A stretch of DNA of 64,000 bases. It comes from Planctomycetota bacterium. GTDB lineage: Bacteria; Planctomycetota; Planctomycetia; Pirellulales; Lacipirellulaceae. The first letter of the stretch is position 1; the number at the start of each line of letters is the position of its first letter. The notes under the pieces are model-generated. The model worked only from the letters and a program-made list of their open reading frames with translations. It was not told the DNA's origin and made no database searches. Where the stretch lies: positions 7,010 to 71,009 of the forward strand of contig JBCCZD010000001.1 of NCBI GenBank assembly GCA_039188275.1, written 5' to 3'. Below are positions 28,012-37,615 of this stretch, piece by piece. The translations under genes and the position numbers were made by a program.

Positions 28012-28050
28012 TCATCCTCGCCGCTCATCCTCGCCGCTCATCCTCGCCGC
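28012..28050. repeat. perfect 13-bp x3 tandem repeat (tcatcctcgccgc)
   Basis: Forms the last 13 codons of ORF 28012..28239. The unit is read in all three frames (AARMSGEDERRG-stop). Confidence 0.95.
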
Positions 28051-28239
28051 GACCGCCTCGGCGACGCGGCGCCCGTCCCAATCGGGGTGTCGGCAACGAA
28101 CTCCACCTGCGATCATCATCCGTGCCGTGCGGCTTGCGGAGCCGATCATAGCGATCCGTTGGGCCGTCGTCGCCTTGCGAAACAACGCCGCCTGCGCGGG
28201 GTCGACGACTTCGATGTTTCGCGGATCAATCGCGGGCAC
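28012..28239 (-). CDS. small hypothetical protein upstream of the decayed NTase (possible cognate partner)
   Basis: GTG-started 75-aa ORF (…TTAQRIAMIGSASRTARMMIAGGVRCRHPDWDGRRVAEAV…) whose 3' end has been rewritten by the 13-bp repeat. Confidence 0.4.
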   Translation of the reverse strand: MPAIDPRNIEVVDPAQAALFRKATTAQRIAMIGSASRTARMMIAGGVRCRHPDWDGRRVAEAVAARMSGEDERRG

Positions 28240-28297
28240 GCTTCCTCTCCGTGGCTCCGAAACACGGTGGCCGTGGGCTCGCGGAAACTGGCGCTGT

Positions 28298-29203
28298 TTA
28301 CTTGCCGCAGTAGTCGATCGCGCGGGCGATCTCGCTCTTCAGGTCGGCGCGGGCGACGATGCGGTCGATGTAGCCGTGCTCCAGCAAGAACTCGCTGGTC
28401 TGGAAGCCTTCGGGCAGCTCGGTGCGGAGGGTCGCCTTGATGGTGCGGGGTCCGGCGAAGCCGATCAGCGCCTTGGGCTCGGCGAGGACCAGGTCGCCCA
28501 GCGAGGCGAAGCTCGCGGCGACGCCGCCCATCGTCGGGTTGGTGAGCACGGAGATGAACAGGCCGCCCGCGGCGTCGTAGCGGGCGAGCGCGGCCGAGAC
28601 CTTGGCCATCTGCATGAGCGAGAGGATGCCCTCGTGCATGCGGGCGCCGCCGCCCGATCCGCTGATGATGATCAGCGGCAAGTCTTGATCGGTGGCGCGC
28701 TCGACAAGGCGGGTAAGCCGCTCGCCAACGACCGAGCCCATCGAACCCATGATAAACGCCGAGTCGGTGACGCCGAACGCTACCCGGCGGGCGCGGATCA
28801 TGCCGCTGCCGGTGAGCACCGCGTCGCGCAGGCCGGTCCGCTTCTGTTCGGAGACCACCCGCTGGGCGTACGGCTTCTTGTCGGCGAATCCGAGCGGATC
28901 GGTCGGCGCGAGGCCGGCGTCCCATTCCTCAAACGTGCCGTCGTCCAAGACGAAGCGGATGCGGTCCCGCGCGGAGAGGTACATGTGCCGGCCGCAAACG
29001 GGGCACACGCTCATCAGCCGCTCGACTTCCTTGCGGAAGACGGTCTCGCCGCAGTCTTCACAGCGGAGCCAGAGGCCGCTGGGAACGCCCCGCTTCTCTC
29101 GTGCGCCGGCGGGCGCATTCTCACCGGTTCGGCCGTTGGCGCCGGGGCCCGCCTGAGCGCCTGCGGCGGCGTTCGTCGGCGATTCGGGGCGGGCGCTGGC
29201 CAT
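28298..29203 (-). CDS. accD: acetyl-CoA carboxylase carboxyltransferase subunit beta
   Basis: Zinc ribbon CEDCGETVF...CPVCGRH, then a carboxyltransferase domain ([20 protein letters not shown]). Confidence 0.93.
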   Translation of the reverse strand: MASARPESPTNAAAGAQAGPGANGRTGENAPAGAREKRGVPSGLWLRCEDCGETVFRKEVERLMSVCPVCGRHMYLSARDRIRFVLDDGTFEEWDAGLAPTDPLGFADKKPYAQRVVSEQKRTGLRDAVLTGSGMIRARRVAFGVTDSAFIMGSMGSVVGERLTRLVERATDQDLPLIIISGSGGGARMHEGILSLMQMAKVSAALARYDAAGGLFISVLTNPTMGGVAASFASLGDLVLAEPKALIGFAGPRTIKATLRTELPEGFQTSEFLLEHGYIDRIVARADLKSEIARAIDYCGK

Positions 29204-29366
29204 GGGCGGGGCGAGGGAGACTCGAGCGCCGCGTCGCGCGGCATTAGCGGGTTGCGGGGAGGCCCATCGGCCACCCCAGTATGCCCCTCAGAATAACAAA
29301 CGGCGGGGCGCCTCACCATGCCGACGGGCGCCCGCCGCTGGTGGCAGAAGGGGCCAAGAAACCCTG

Positions 29367-29948
29367 CTAAGAAACACCGGCGAGCGCGGCGGGCACCTCG
29401 ATTGCCTCCCATTGCCCGCACACCTCGGCCGATTTCCAGAGGTCGCCCAAGGCGTCCTGCCGGACGACGTGGCGGACGACGCTCGCAAGCGGCTCCGGCG
29501 CGACGAGCGCGACGACCGTGTCGTCGCGGTGCTTGCGGACCATCTTCTTGAGCACCGCGGCGACGCGCTGCATTGCTTCCATGACGGTCTCACCCTCGGG
29601 CGGGCAGACCGTCTCCGGCTGCTCTTGCCACTGGCGGTAGACCTTCGGCTGCTTGCTGCGGACGTCTTCGACCAGCATGCCTTGCCAGAGGCCGTGGTCG
29701 AGGTTGACCAGCTTGTCGAGCGTCTTGACGCGCAGGTCGAGAGCCTCGCCGATGACGCCGGCCGTCTCGGTGGCGGACTGGCAGGGGCTGGTGTAGACGG
29801 CCACCGGCGACTCGGCGCGGATCGCGTCGAGTGACGACGCCACTTGCCGGCGCCCGTCGTCGCTCAGCGGCATGTCGATCGTGCCCAGGATCCGGCCCTG
29901 CCGGTCGTACTCCGTGGCGCCGGGGCGGATGAGTAGCAGCTTTTGCAT
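29367..29948 (-). CDS. histidine phosphatase family protein (PGAM-like)
   Basis: LLLIRPGATEYDRQGR...PLSDDGRRQ. Typical length and layout for the family. Confidence 0.8.
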   Translation of the reverse strand: MQKLLLIRPGATEYDRQGRILGTIDMPLSDDGRRQVASSLDAIRAESPVAVYTSPCQSATETAGVIGEALDLRVKTLDKLVNLDHGLWQGMLVEDVRSKQPKVYRQWQEQPETVCPPEGETVMEAMQRVAAVLKKMVRKHRDDTVVALVAPEPLASVVRHVVRQDALGDLWKSAEVCGQWEAIEVPAALAGVS

Positions 29949-29980
29949 GGGTGGTTGCGGGCCGCCAAGCGTCTCGGCGG

Positions 29981-30724
29981 TCAGCCCTCCTGCGGCGCGG
30001 CGGGGGCGGTGCGGCCCTCGATCGCCAAGTGGGTAAGTTGTCTGATCCGCTCGGCGTACTCCGCCGCGCTATCGGTCCGCGCCGTGCCGAAGACGGCCGT
30101 GCCGGCGACCAGCAGTTCGGCGCCCGCCGCGGCGCAGTCGGCGACCGTCTCGGCGTTGACGCCGCCGTCGACTTCCAGGACCGCGTTGCACGCCGGATGG
30201 TCGCGGAGCCACCGCAGCTTGTCGAGCGCGACCGGGTTGAACGCCTGGCCGCCGAACCCCGGCATGACGCTCATGACAAGCACCAAGTCGCAGTGCGGCA
30301 GCGCCGGTTCGAGCTGCTCGATCGGCGTTGGCGGGTTGAGCGACAAGCCGGCGCCGGCGCCCAGGCCTCGTATCTCTTCGAGCAACGCCGCGGGCTCGTC
30401 GACTACTTCCGCGTGGAACGTGATGATGTCGGCGCCCGCCTCGCGGTAGCGCTCGGCGTACTCGCCCGGGTTGGTGATCATCAGGTGGACGTCGAGCGGC
30501 AGCCCGGTCGCCCGGCGGATCGCGCGCACGACGGGAAGACCGAACGAAAGGTTGGGCACGAAGTGGCCGTCCATGACGTCCAGGTGCAGGGCTTGCGCGC
30601 CCGCTTCTTCCGCGGCGTGGACCTCACGCTCCAGTACGCCGAAGTCCGCGGCCAGCAGCGAAGGCAGCACCACTGGCGCAGCGGCGCGGAGCGAGCGGGC
30701 GGGGTTGTCCGGAGGGGGCGCCAT
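29981..30724 (-). CDS. rpe: ribulose-phosphate 3-epimerase
   Basis: VLPSLLAADF, HLDVMDGHFVPNLSFG, VMSVMPGFGGQAF. Confidence 0.92.
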   Translation of the reverse strand: MAPPPDNPARSLRAAAPVVLPSLLAADFGVLEREVHAAEEAGAQALHLDVMDGHFVPNLSFGLPVVRAIRRATGLPLDVHLMITNPGEYAERYREAGADIITFHAEVVDEPAALLEEIRGLGAGAGLSLNPPTPIEQLEPALPHCDLVLVMSVMPGFGGQAFNPVALDKLRWLRDHPACNAVLEVDGGVNAETVADCAAAGAELLVAGTAVFGTARTDSAAEYAERIRQLTHLAIEGRTAPAAPQEG

Positions 30725-31068
30725 CGGTTCAAGGCGTCGAGGGACGCCAGCGGGGAGAGTCACAAGGCAAGGCGACGCGCAGCGGGCCGACCCTGCGTTG
30801 CTTGCTAACGGGGCGGGCGCGTCGCGCTCGCCCCGGCATTCAAAAAAACGCCTCCAATAGCGGCCTCGAACAGCAAGGCCTTACCGGCAACAGCCACCAC
30901 GCCGACGGTAGCGGACGGAAGTCGCCGGCCCAGCGTTGTGGCACGGACGTATCGCAAACACAACCCGCCGAGGCGATTTGGGCTATTTTCCGCCGCTCGT
31001 CTGCCGCCTCGGCACTCGCCGCAAACCTTTCCGCGAGAAAGACTTTCGGCCTCCAAGCGGCGCACCGC

Positions 31069-31740
31069 TTAATCTTCGATCTCCGAAACCCGCGGGAGCT
31101 GCTCGGGTCGCGTCAAACCGAACAACCGCAAAAAACGGTCGGTCGTCCGGTAGACGGGCGCCCCGTCTGTGTCGTTTGGCCGATCGAGCCGCACCAAGCC
31201 CCGCCGAACCAGCGACGCCACCAGCGAACCGCTGCGGGCGCCCCGCATTTGGTCGATGCGGGCGCCGGGTACGGGCTGCTTGTAGGCGACGATTGAGAGG
31301 ACTTCCATCGCCGCCGGCGTGAGACGCGATTCCCTTATGCGCCCTTGAAACTTGTCGCCCATCCGTCGCATCTCGGGCCTCAGGGCAAGGCGGTAGCCCT
31401 GCGCGCTGCTGGAAATCGTGTATGGCGAGGCGTCCCGCTCGTATTGGGCGTTGAGTTCTTCGATCGCAACGTCGACTTCCTCCTGCGAAACGTTCCGCAT
31501 TTCAGCGGCGAGATGGTCGGCGGCCAACGCCCGGCCGTCGGGCGAACCGACGAAGAGTACTGCCTCGACAATGCTCTTTGTACCGATCTCGCACGGGTCG
31601 GCCGCAGATGGGGCGTCGGTTGGCGGTCGCTTGTCGGCGTCCGCCGTTGGGGCGCCAAGCATCTGCGCGAACGCCGCGGTCAGTCGCTTGAGCGAAAGGG
31701 GCGCGTCGTCGTTCCTTAGGGGTCCGCTGGCCTTCTCCAT
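31069..31740 (-). CDS. scpB: segregation and condensation protein B
   Basis: IVEAVLFVG..., LTPAAMEVLSIVAYKQPV, YRTTDRFLRLFGL. ATG 31740 is preferred over the extension to 31857. Confidence 0.85.
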   Translation of the reverse strand: MEKASGPLRNDDAPLSLKRLTAAFAQMLGAPTADADKRPPTDAPSAADPCEIGTKSIVEAVLFVGSPDGRALAADHLAAEMRNVSQEEVDVAIEELNAQYERDASPYTISSSAQGYRLALRPEMRRMGDKFQGRIRESRLTPAAMEVLSIVAYKQPVPGARIDQMRGARSGSLVASLVRRGLVRLDRPNDTDGAPVYRTTDRFLRLFGLTRPEQLPRVSEIED

Positions 31741-31811
31741 GAGGGGCGAGCGTACGCGGCCGCGTGCGGGCTGGGCAAGAGCAGCCCGGGCGGCGTTGGT
31801 AGTGCTAGCAG

Positions 31812-33686
31812 CTACTCCAGTTCGGCGTCGCCGAGCGGGATGATGTGGGCGACCCAAACCGCCCGCGGCGCCTGGCCAACGTAGCCCTCGATCCGGTCGG
31901 CCGGCGCCTCGATAACGCAGCCCACCACGCCGATCGACGTCGCGTCGATGAACCGCTTGGTGCGGAACGGCGTCGGGCTGAGCACGGCGACCTGAGCGCC
32001 GCTGCCGAGTTCAAACTGGTACTCGTAGACCGACCCGGCCGAGCGGGCGTCGACCGGCAGCCCCGCAAAGAAGACGCCGCCGTGCGGGCGGTCGGGCCAG
32101 CTGAGCCACCGCGTGGCGATCTGGCGGCTGTCGTCGCGGGCGTGCTGCGAACGGAACAGGCGGAGGAACAGGTCTTGCGACTCGAGCCGCTGGATCATCA
32201 TGTCCGGGTGGCTGCGGTCCGGCGCCGCGAACGCCATGACCTGGGCGACCTCGCACAGTTTGGCGTACGAACGGCCGACAAGGGCCAGGCTATCGCCGGC
32301 GGCAAGGCTGTGATTCCGCAACTCGGCCCGCGCCTGGTCGGCGCCGCTGAGGGCGAGCTTCAAGTCTGCGGCCGAGTACTGCGGCGCACCGGCGATGCCG
32401 ATGCCTGCGGCCGTTTCGCCGGCGCGTGGGTCTTCCGGAACGAAGGCGGCAGGCTCGTCGGCGACTGCGGAATCGGCCGGCTCAATGCCCCTCGCTACCG
32501 GCGGCGGAGCATCGAGCAAGTCCGGGGCGTCCGACATCACCTCGAAGCGCGGGGCCGGAGCATCGCCAGGAGAAGCGAAGCCCGCAGGCTCGGCCCGCGG
32601 GTCATCGATGGCCGGCTTGATTGGCCCGGACGCCCGTTCGGGGGCGAACGGGGCGGGCGGGGCGAGGCTGTCACTTGGTTGATCCGTAGCCGGAACCGTC
32701 TGGTTTTCGCGCGCCGCCAGGAGCCCCAGCGAATCATAGCCAGCGCCGCCGATGGCAATCAGCAAACCGTAGCCGATACCAACGCCGGCCAGCGTGGCGG
32801 CGCTGATTGTTAGGGCTCGCCCGATGCCCCAAGAACGCCCGGCGACGGCGCCTGTCTCGTTTTCTGCTTCGCCGTAGCCAACGCTCGCGCTGGCGAGCTC
32901 CGCCCCGGGTTCCGCCTCGTCCTCGACGAGGTAGGGAACGGGGCCGGTCGACAGGGCAGCCTCGGCGGGCGCTTCGAGATCAATGGCGAAGTCGTTGCTG
33001 TCGGCCGGCAGTGTGGCGGGCGTGCTGCTCAGCGATTCGCCACGGGGCGTTGGCTCCGTCGCCTCATGCTCCGGGCGCGTCTCACCGCGGAACTCGTTGA
33101 GGAGTGAGCTGAGCACCGGCGAACGCTCGGCGGGCTTCGGCGTCTGGTCGGCCGAGCGATCGGTCGACTTCGATTCCTGCGTTGACGGATCACTCTCGGC
33201 GACCGGGCGGGGCTCGGCACGAGGACGCGTCGCCGCGCGCTCGGCGTTGAACTTCTCGGTGCTCGCCTTGAGCCAGTCGTCAAGCGACGGCGGCGATTGT
33301 TCGGCCAGGCTTTCGGCCGCGGGGGCATCGTCGGTCGCCGCCGTGGCGGCGGGCTCCGGCGGAGTCGGCTGCGACACGGCAGGCTCAAAGGCGCCTTGCC
33401 CGCCGGTGTTTGTCCCGGCGCTGTTTGGCTCGGTGGCGGTAGTCTCAGACGAAGCGGCTTCGGCGCCCCCAAGTTCATCGGCTACCGGCTCGACCGGCTC
33501 CGGCGCCTTCGGCGGCGCAATCAGCGTTGCCGTCGCAAGCGGCGACACGAGTGAATCGTCGACCTCAAACCGTTGGAAGCAGGCCGAGCAGCGGACGGTG
33601 CTGCCGTTGGCCGCCTCCGCCGGGAGGCCTAGGTGCGCTTCGCAGTGCGGGCAATCGGCGATTCGGTCCGTTGACGAGAGGGCCAT
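31812..33686 (-). CDS. zinc-ribbon membrane protein, hypothetical
   Basis: N-terminal CPHC...CSAC ribbon, a long acidic/Pro-rich linker, a TM helix (ALTISAATLAGVGIGYGLLIAIGG), and a conserved-looking C-terminal domain. Confidence 0.65.
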   Translation of the reverse strand: MALSSTDRIADCPHCEAHLGLPAEAANGSTVRCSACFQRFEVDDSLVSPLATATLIAPPKAPEPVEPVADELGGAEAASSETTATEPNSAGTNTGGQGAFEPAVSQPTPPEPAATAATDDAPAAESLAEQSPPSLDDWLKASTEKFNAERAATRPRAEPRPVAESDPSTQESKSTDRSADQTPKPAERSPVLSSLLNEFRGETRPEHEATEPTPRGESLSSTPATLPADSNDFAIDLEAPAEAALSTGPVPYLVEDEAEPGAELASASVGYGEAENETGAVAGRSWGIGRALTISAATLAGVGIGYGLLIAIGGAGYDSLGLLAARENQTVPATDQPSDSLAPPAPFAPERASGPIKPAIDDPRAEPAGFASPGDAPAPRFEVMSDAPDLLDAPPPVARGIEPADSAVADEPAAFVPEDPRAGETAAGIGIAGAPQYSAADLKLALSGADQARAELRNHSLAAGDSLALVGRSYAKLCEVAQVMAFAAPDRSHPDMMIQRLESQDLFLRLFRSQHARDDSRQIATRWLSWPDRPHGGVFFAGLPVDARSAGSVYEYQFELGSGAQVAVLSPTPFRTKRFIDATSIGVVGCVIEAPADRIEGYVGQAPRAVWVAHIIPLGDAELE

Positions 33687-33941
33687 GGCGATCGCGTTCT
33701 CCAACGTTGCTCGACGGCCGCGGACCGGTGGCAAGGGACAAGCAGCCGGTAGCGGTTGCGGGGTCGTTCCTGCCGGCCCCGAGCGGGCCGACGCGGCGAT
33801 CTGTTTATTGTGCACCGCCTGCCGGGGGGGCGACATCCCAATTCGCCCCGAGGCGGGGACCGGTCGGCCCGCACCAAGGCGGCATAACCGGCACAGGTTC
33901 CGCCTGTTGCCACACGAGTCCAGCGCGCACAGCGCTACGCC

Positions 33942-35519
33942 TCAATCGAAGCCGTAGAGCCGACCGTACTTGGTCGAGAGGTGAGCCATCAGGGGCTCGT
34001 GCGAGAGCGGCTTGCCGGTGACCCGCTCCACGAGTTGGCCGGCCGAGTAGCGCCGGCCATCGCGGTGGATGTTCGTACGCAACCAGTCCCGCAAAGGTTG
34101 GAAGTCGCCCCGCGAGAACTGCCCCTCCAGGTCGCCGAGGTCCGACCCGGCTTGATCGAAGAACTGGGACGCGTACAAGTTGCCCAGCGTGTAGGTGGGG
34201 AAGTAACCGAACAGACCTGCGCTCCAGTGGACGTCCTGCAGCACGCCGTCCGCGGCGTTGGGGGGCACGATTCCAAGGTACTCGCGGTACTTCGCGTTCC
34301 ACGCCTCGGGCAGGTCGGCTACCAACAAGTCGTCCGCTAGCAACGCCTGCTCGAGCTCGAACCGGACGATGATGTGCAGGTTGTAGGTCGCCTCGTCGCT
34401 CTCGGTACGGATGAGCGACGGCTTCGACTCGTTCACGGCGAAGTAGAACGCCTCTTCGGTAACGCCAGCCAGGGCGTCGGGAAAAGCCTCGGCGAAGGGA
34501 GCGAAGAAGTGGCGCCAGAAGGCTTGGCTGCGGCCGACCAAGTTCTCCCACATCCGCGACTGTGACTCGTGGATGCCGAGCGAAACCGCCTCGCCAAGGG
34601 GCAGGCCGTAGTCGCCGGCGGGCAGGCCCTGCTCGTAGAGCCCGTGGCCCGCCTCGTGGAGGGTGCCGAACAACGCGCCGGCGAACTCGTGGTCGTCGTA
34701 GCGGGTCGTGATCCGTACGTCGCGGGGCCCCGCGCCCCCGCAAAACGGGTGGGCCGTCACGTCGAGCCGACCGGCGTCGAAGTCGAAGCCGATCGCCGCC
34801 GCGGCGCGTTTGCCGAACGCCTCTTGCCGAGCGACCGGGTAGTGCCGGCTGAGGACCCGGCCGTCGGGCCGCTTCTCCGCCGCGGCGATCTTCTCGACCA
34901 GCGGCGCTAGCTGCTCACGCAGGCCGCCAAGCACCCGCGCGACGTTGGCTGCCGTTTCGCCCGGCTCGTAGTCGTCCAGCAACGCGTCGTACGGCGACGC
35001 CTCGTAGCCGATTGCCTCGGCCTCTTGCTGCTTCAGCTCGATCGTCTTCTCAAGCATCGGCTGGAAGAGCGTGAAGTCATCCGCCTGGCGGGCCTCTTTC
35101 CACGCCTGCTGCCCGAGGCTCGCGGTACGGCTGAGCTCTTCGACGAGCTTCGGTGGCAGCTTGGTCTTCTTGTCGTAATCGCGGCGCAACCCACGCACGT
35201 TGGCGGCGGCGTCGGACCGCGGGTCGCTGGTCGAGCCCGAACTCTCGAGCTCGTCGAGCCACTCGCCGACGCGCGGGTCGGTCTGCCGCTGGTGGATCAA
35301 ACCGGCAAGCAGAGCGCACTGCTCGGCGCGGTACGCCCCGCCGGCGGGCGGCAGGTAGGTCTCCTCATCCCACTGCAGCAGGCCGGCGGTCGAAGTCAGC
35401 AGGGCGGTCTCGCGGGCGTGGGCGCAGAGCGATTCGTAGGCGGACGCGGGCACGGTGGCGGCTCCGGGGCTCAGGGCACTGAACGCCCCGGTTGTACGGA
35501 CGCCACCGCGGGCCAGCAA
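33942..35519 (-). CDS. M32 carboxypeptidase (Taq-like)
   Basis: HEAGHGLYEQG (HExxH), HESQSRMWEN, and the GLLQDVHWS-type region (GVLQDVHWSAGLFGYFPTY). The start codon is uncertain. Confidence 0.9.
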   Translation of the reverse strand: MLARGGVRTTGAFSALSPGAATVPASAYESLCAHARETALLTSTAGLLQWDEETYLPPAGGAYRAEQCALLAGLIHQRQTDPRVGEWLDELESSGSTSDPRSDAAANVRGLRRDYDKKTKLPPKLVEELSRTASLGQQAWKEARQADDFTLFQPMLEKTIELKQQEAEAIGYEASPYDALLDDYEPGETAANVARVLGGLREQLAPLVEKIAAAEKRPDGRVLSRHYPVARQEAFGKRAAAAIGFDFDAGRLDVTAHPFCGGAGPRDVRITTRYDDHEFAGALFGTLHEAGHGLYEQGLPAGDYGLPLGEAVSLGIHESQSRMWENLVGRSQAFWRHFFAPFAEAFPDALAGVTEEAFYFAVNESKPSLIRTESDEATYNLHIIVRFELEQALLADDLLVADLPEAWNAKYREYLGIVPPNAADGVLQDVHWSAGLFGYFPTYTLGNLYASQFFDQAGSDLGDLEGQFSRGDFQPLRDWLRTNIHRDGRRYSAGQLVERVTGKPLSHEPLMAHLSTKYGRLYGFD

Positions 35520-35527
35520 GCGGTCGG

Positions 35528-35743
35528 CTACTCACTAGGCGCCTCGTCCCCTGTAGCGAACGGGTTCGCGACCGCCGGCGGCTGCGCGGTCAGCCGCTTG
35601 TCGAGGTCGGCCGCTCGGGGGTCACGCAGCCGATCGATGTCCCAGTTGTATTGCTTGGTCAGGCATCCGGTCGCGGCGAGTAGCAAGCACCACAGCAGGA
35701 GGCACGCGATCAGCAGGGGGGCGGAAGCGGGGCGAACGATCAT
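35528..35743 (-). CDS. small putative lipoprotein (71 aa)
   Basis: MIVRPASAPLLIACLLLWCLLLAATGC lipobox. Only this 3' part of ORF 35528..36337 looks coding. Confidence 0.45.
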   Translation of the reverse strand: MIVRPASAPLLIACLLLWCLLLAATGCLTKQYNWDIDRLRDPRAADLDKRLTAQPPAVANPFATGDEAPSE

Positions 35744-35940
35744 GAGAGCGCGGTCCGCGGCCAGGAAAGACGCTCCGCCAGCCGGGCCGCCACGCAGTCC
35801 AAACCAGCGGGTGCATCGGAGATACTTCTTCGGACCGCGTGGCGGTCCGGCTGGGGACGGTCCCAGAACCCCAACGGTGTGTCCAGTACAATTGAAGCAT
35901 AGAACCAAACCTGGCCGTGACCCCCGATCTCGAAACGCGA

Positions 35941-36644
35941 TGCTCGACGCCCTCATTGTCGCCCCCCACCCCGACGACGCCGAACTCGGCATGGGCGGCG
36001 GTATCTTGCGGATGCGTGCCGAGGGGCTCCGCGTCGGGGTGCTGGACCTCACCTCGGGCGAACCGACGCCGCACGGCTCGCTCGAGACGCGCATGAGAGA
36101 GACGGCCGACGCGACCGAGATCCTTGGGCTCGACTGGCGGGAGAACCTAGGGCTGCCCAATCGGAGCCTCGAGCCGACGCTCGACAACCGCGCAAAGCTA
36201 GCAGGCGTGATCCGGCGGCAGCGGCCGCGGTGGTTGTTCGCCCCGTACTGGGAGGACGCCCACCCCGACCACACGGCCGCCACGAAGCTGGTCGACGACG
36301 CCCGCTTCTGGGCCAAGCTCACCAAGACCGCCGGCACGCGGCACGAACTGCCGGGCGAGCCGCACCACCCCGAGCGGGTTTACCACTACTACTGCGTCCA
36401 CCTGAAGCTGGCCCCGCAGCCGGCGCTGGTGCTCGACATCTCCGACGTCTGGCCGCAGAAGCTCGCTAGCATCCGGGCCTACGAGAGCCAATTCATCACC
36501 GGCCGGCCGACCGCTAGCCCGACCTTCCTCGAGCAGCTTGAACACGAGGCCGCCTACTGGGGCAAGACGATTGGCCGGGCGTACGGCGAGCCCTACGCCA
36601 GCCGCGAGCCGCTGGGGCTCGCTGGCTTTGGCGGGCTGGTTTAA
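35941..36644 (+). CDS. PIG-L/LmbE family N-acetylglucosaminyl deacetylase (BshB-like)
   Basis: ALIVAPHPDDAELGMGG, HPDH, and a length of about 234 aa. ATG 35941. Confidence 0.85.
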
Positions 36645-36662
36645 GCGTGGCAGAGTGGGAGG

Positions 36663-36866
36663 ATGGTTAGCCGAGACGAATACCCAACGCGATTATTGAG
36701 GCTAGGCGAAGAAGACCCGCTCGAGGATTTCGTTGCGGGCTCAATGTCGGAGCGGATGGCTATGGTTTGGCGGATCACCGTCGATGCCTGGGCCATGAAA
36801 GACCCCGATGCTTGTCAACGAAGGCTACTCCGACATGTTGTCCGCGTTGAACGACGCGGGCGTTGA
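36663..36866 (+). CDS. small hypothetical protein upstream of NTase-fold gene
   Basis: 67-aa ORF (…SMSERMAMVWRITVDAWAM…) in a lower-GC patch that overlaps the start of the next gene. Confidence 0.4.
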   Translation: MVSRDEYPTRLLRLGEEDPLEDFVAGSMSERMAMVWRITVDAWAMKDPDACQRRLLRHVVRVERRGR

Positions 36867-37296
36867 ATACGTTGTTGTCGGCGCTTACGCGGTTGGCGCC
36901 CACGGCAACCCGCGCGCCACGGGAGACATCGACTTCTTGGTGCGGCCAAAGGCTGAGAATGCCGAACGCGTTTAGGCGGCGATTGAGGCTTTCAATGCCC
37001 TCCGCAGCGGAGTGACGGTCGACGACTTTGCAGTCGAAGGGACGGTATTCCAGATAGGAGTGCCCCCGCGACGGATCGATATCCTCACCTCGATTAGCGG
37101 GCTCTCTTTCGACGAAGCGTGGGAGCCAAAGTTCGCGGTTGAGTACGCAGGCATGCCCGCGTTCGCCTTGGGGAAGCAAGCTCTCATCCGCAACAAACGC
37201 GCCACGGGGCGTACGAAAGGCCTAGCCGACGCCGAGTGGCTCGAACGCACCGACGCGCGACCAGACCCGCAACCTGATGCCCCAGAACAAGAGTGA
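36808..37296 (+). pseudogene. nucleotidyltransferase-fold gene with an in-frame amber codon
   Basis: MLVNEGYSDMLSALNDAGVEYVVVGAYAVGAHGNPRATGDIDFLVRPKAENAERV-TAG(36973-36975)-AAIEAF...IDILTSISGLSFDEAW...LIRNKRATGRTKGLADAEWLE, all in one frame. Confidence 0.6.
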
Positions 37297-37615
37297 CAAA
37301 GGCCCGCGATTCAGCCTCGGCGGGCTGTTTCGTACGCTCACCGCTTGTGCGCTATTGCTTGGCGTTGGAGTGGCCCTTGGTGGGCCGAGACTCGTGGCGG
37401 TGGCGAGTGAGGTCTTGGCCCTTGGCTTGCTGGTCGCTCTGACGCCGGTCCTCATCAGCCTGCTTGTGCTCGGCTGCACCGTTGGTTTGCGGCGGGTGGC
37501 GGATGCGCTCGCCTCGGCCGAGAGACAACTTGCGGCGCTGCCGAAACCAGGTCGTCCGGGAGCACGGCAAACGAATAGAACGCCCTCAAGCCGGCCGGCC
37601 GACTCTGCCGATTAG
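37277..37615 (+). CDS. hypothetical membrane protein
   Basis: PRFSLGGLFRTLTACALLLGV N-terminal motif plus further TM helices. Confidence 0.45.
   Translation: MPQNKSDKGPRFSLGGLFRTLTACALLLGVGVALGGPRLVAVASEVLALGLLVALTPVLISLLVLGCTVGLRRVADALASAERQLAALPKPGRPGARQTNRTPSSRPADSAD

Noticed and set aside
27654-29296. Plus-strand ORFs 27654..27977 and 27731..29296
   Set aside because: They are antisense to accD and to the reconstructed NTase pseudogene, and their translations are low-complexity.
30764-31068. Hairpin ggggcgggcgcg/cgcgctcgcccc next to an A7 run, as a terminator
   Set aside because: For minus-strand transcription from scpB the U-run would precede the stem. No plus-strand gene ends here.
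31741-31857. N-terminal extension of scpB to 31857
   Set aside because: The extension is Arg/Ala-rich (MGRPHHPARRRRTG…) and would overlap the upstream gene by 46 nt. The internal ATG at 31740 gives a normal ScpB.
35744-36337. Upstream 200 aa of ORF 35528..36337 (-)
   Set aside because: It is antisense to the well-supported PIG-L deacetylase gene and has a low-complexity translation. Only the terminal 71-aa lipobox ORF was kept.
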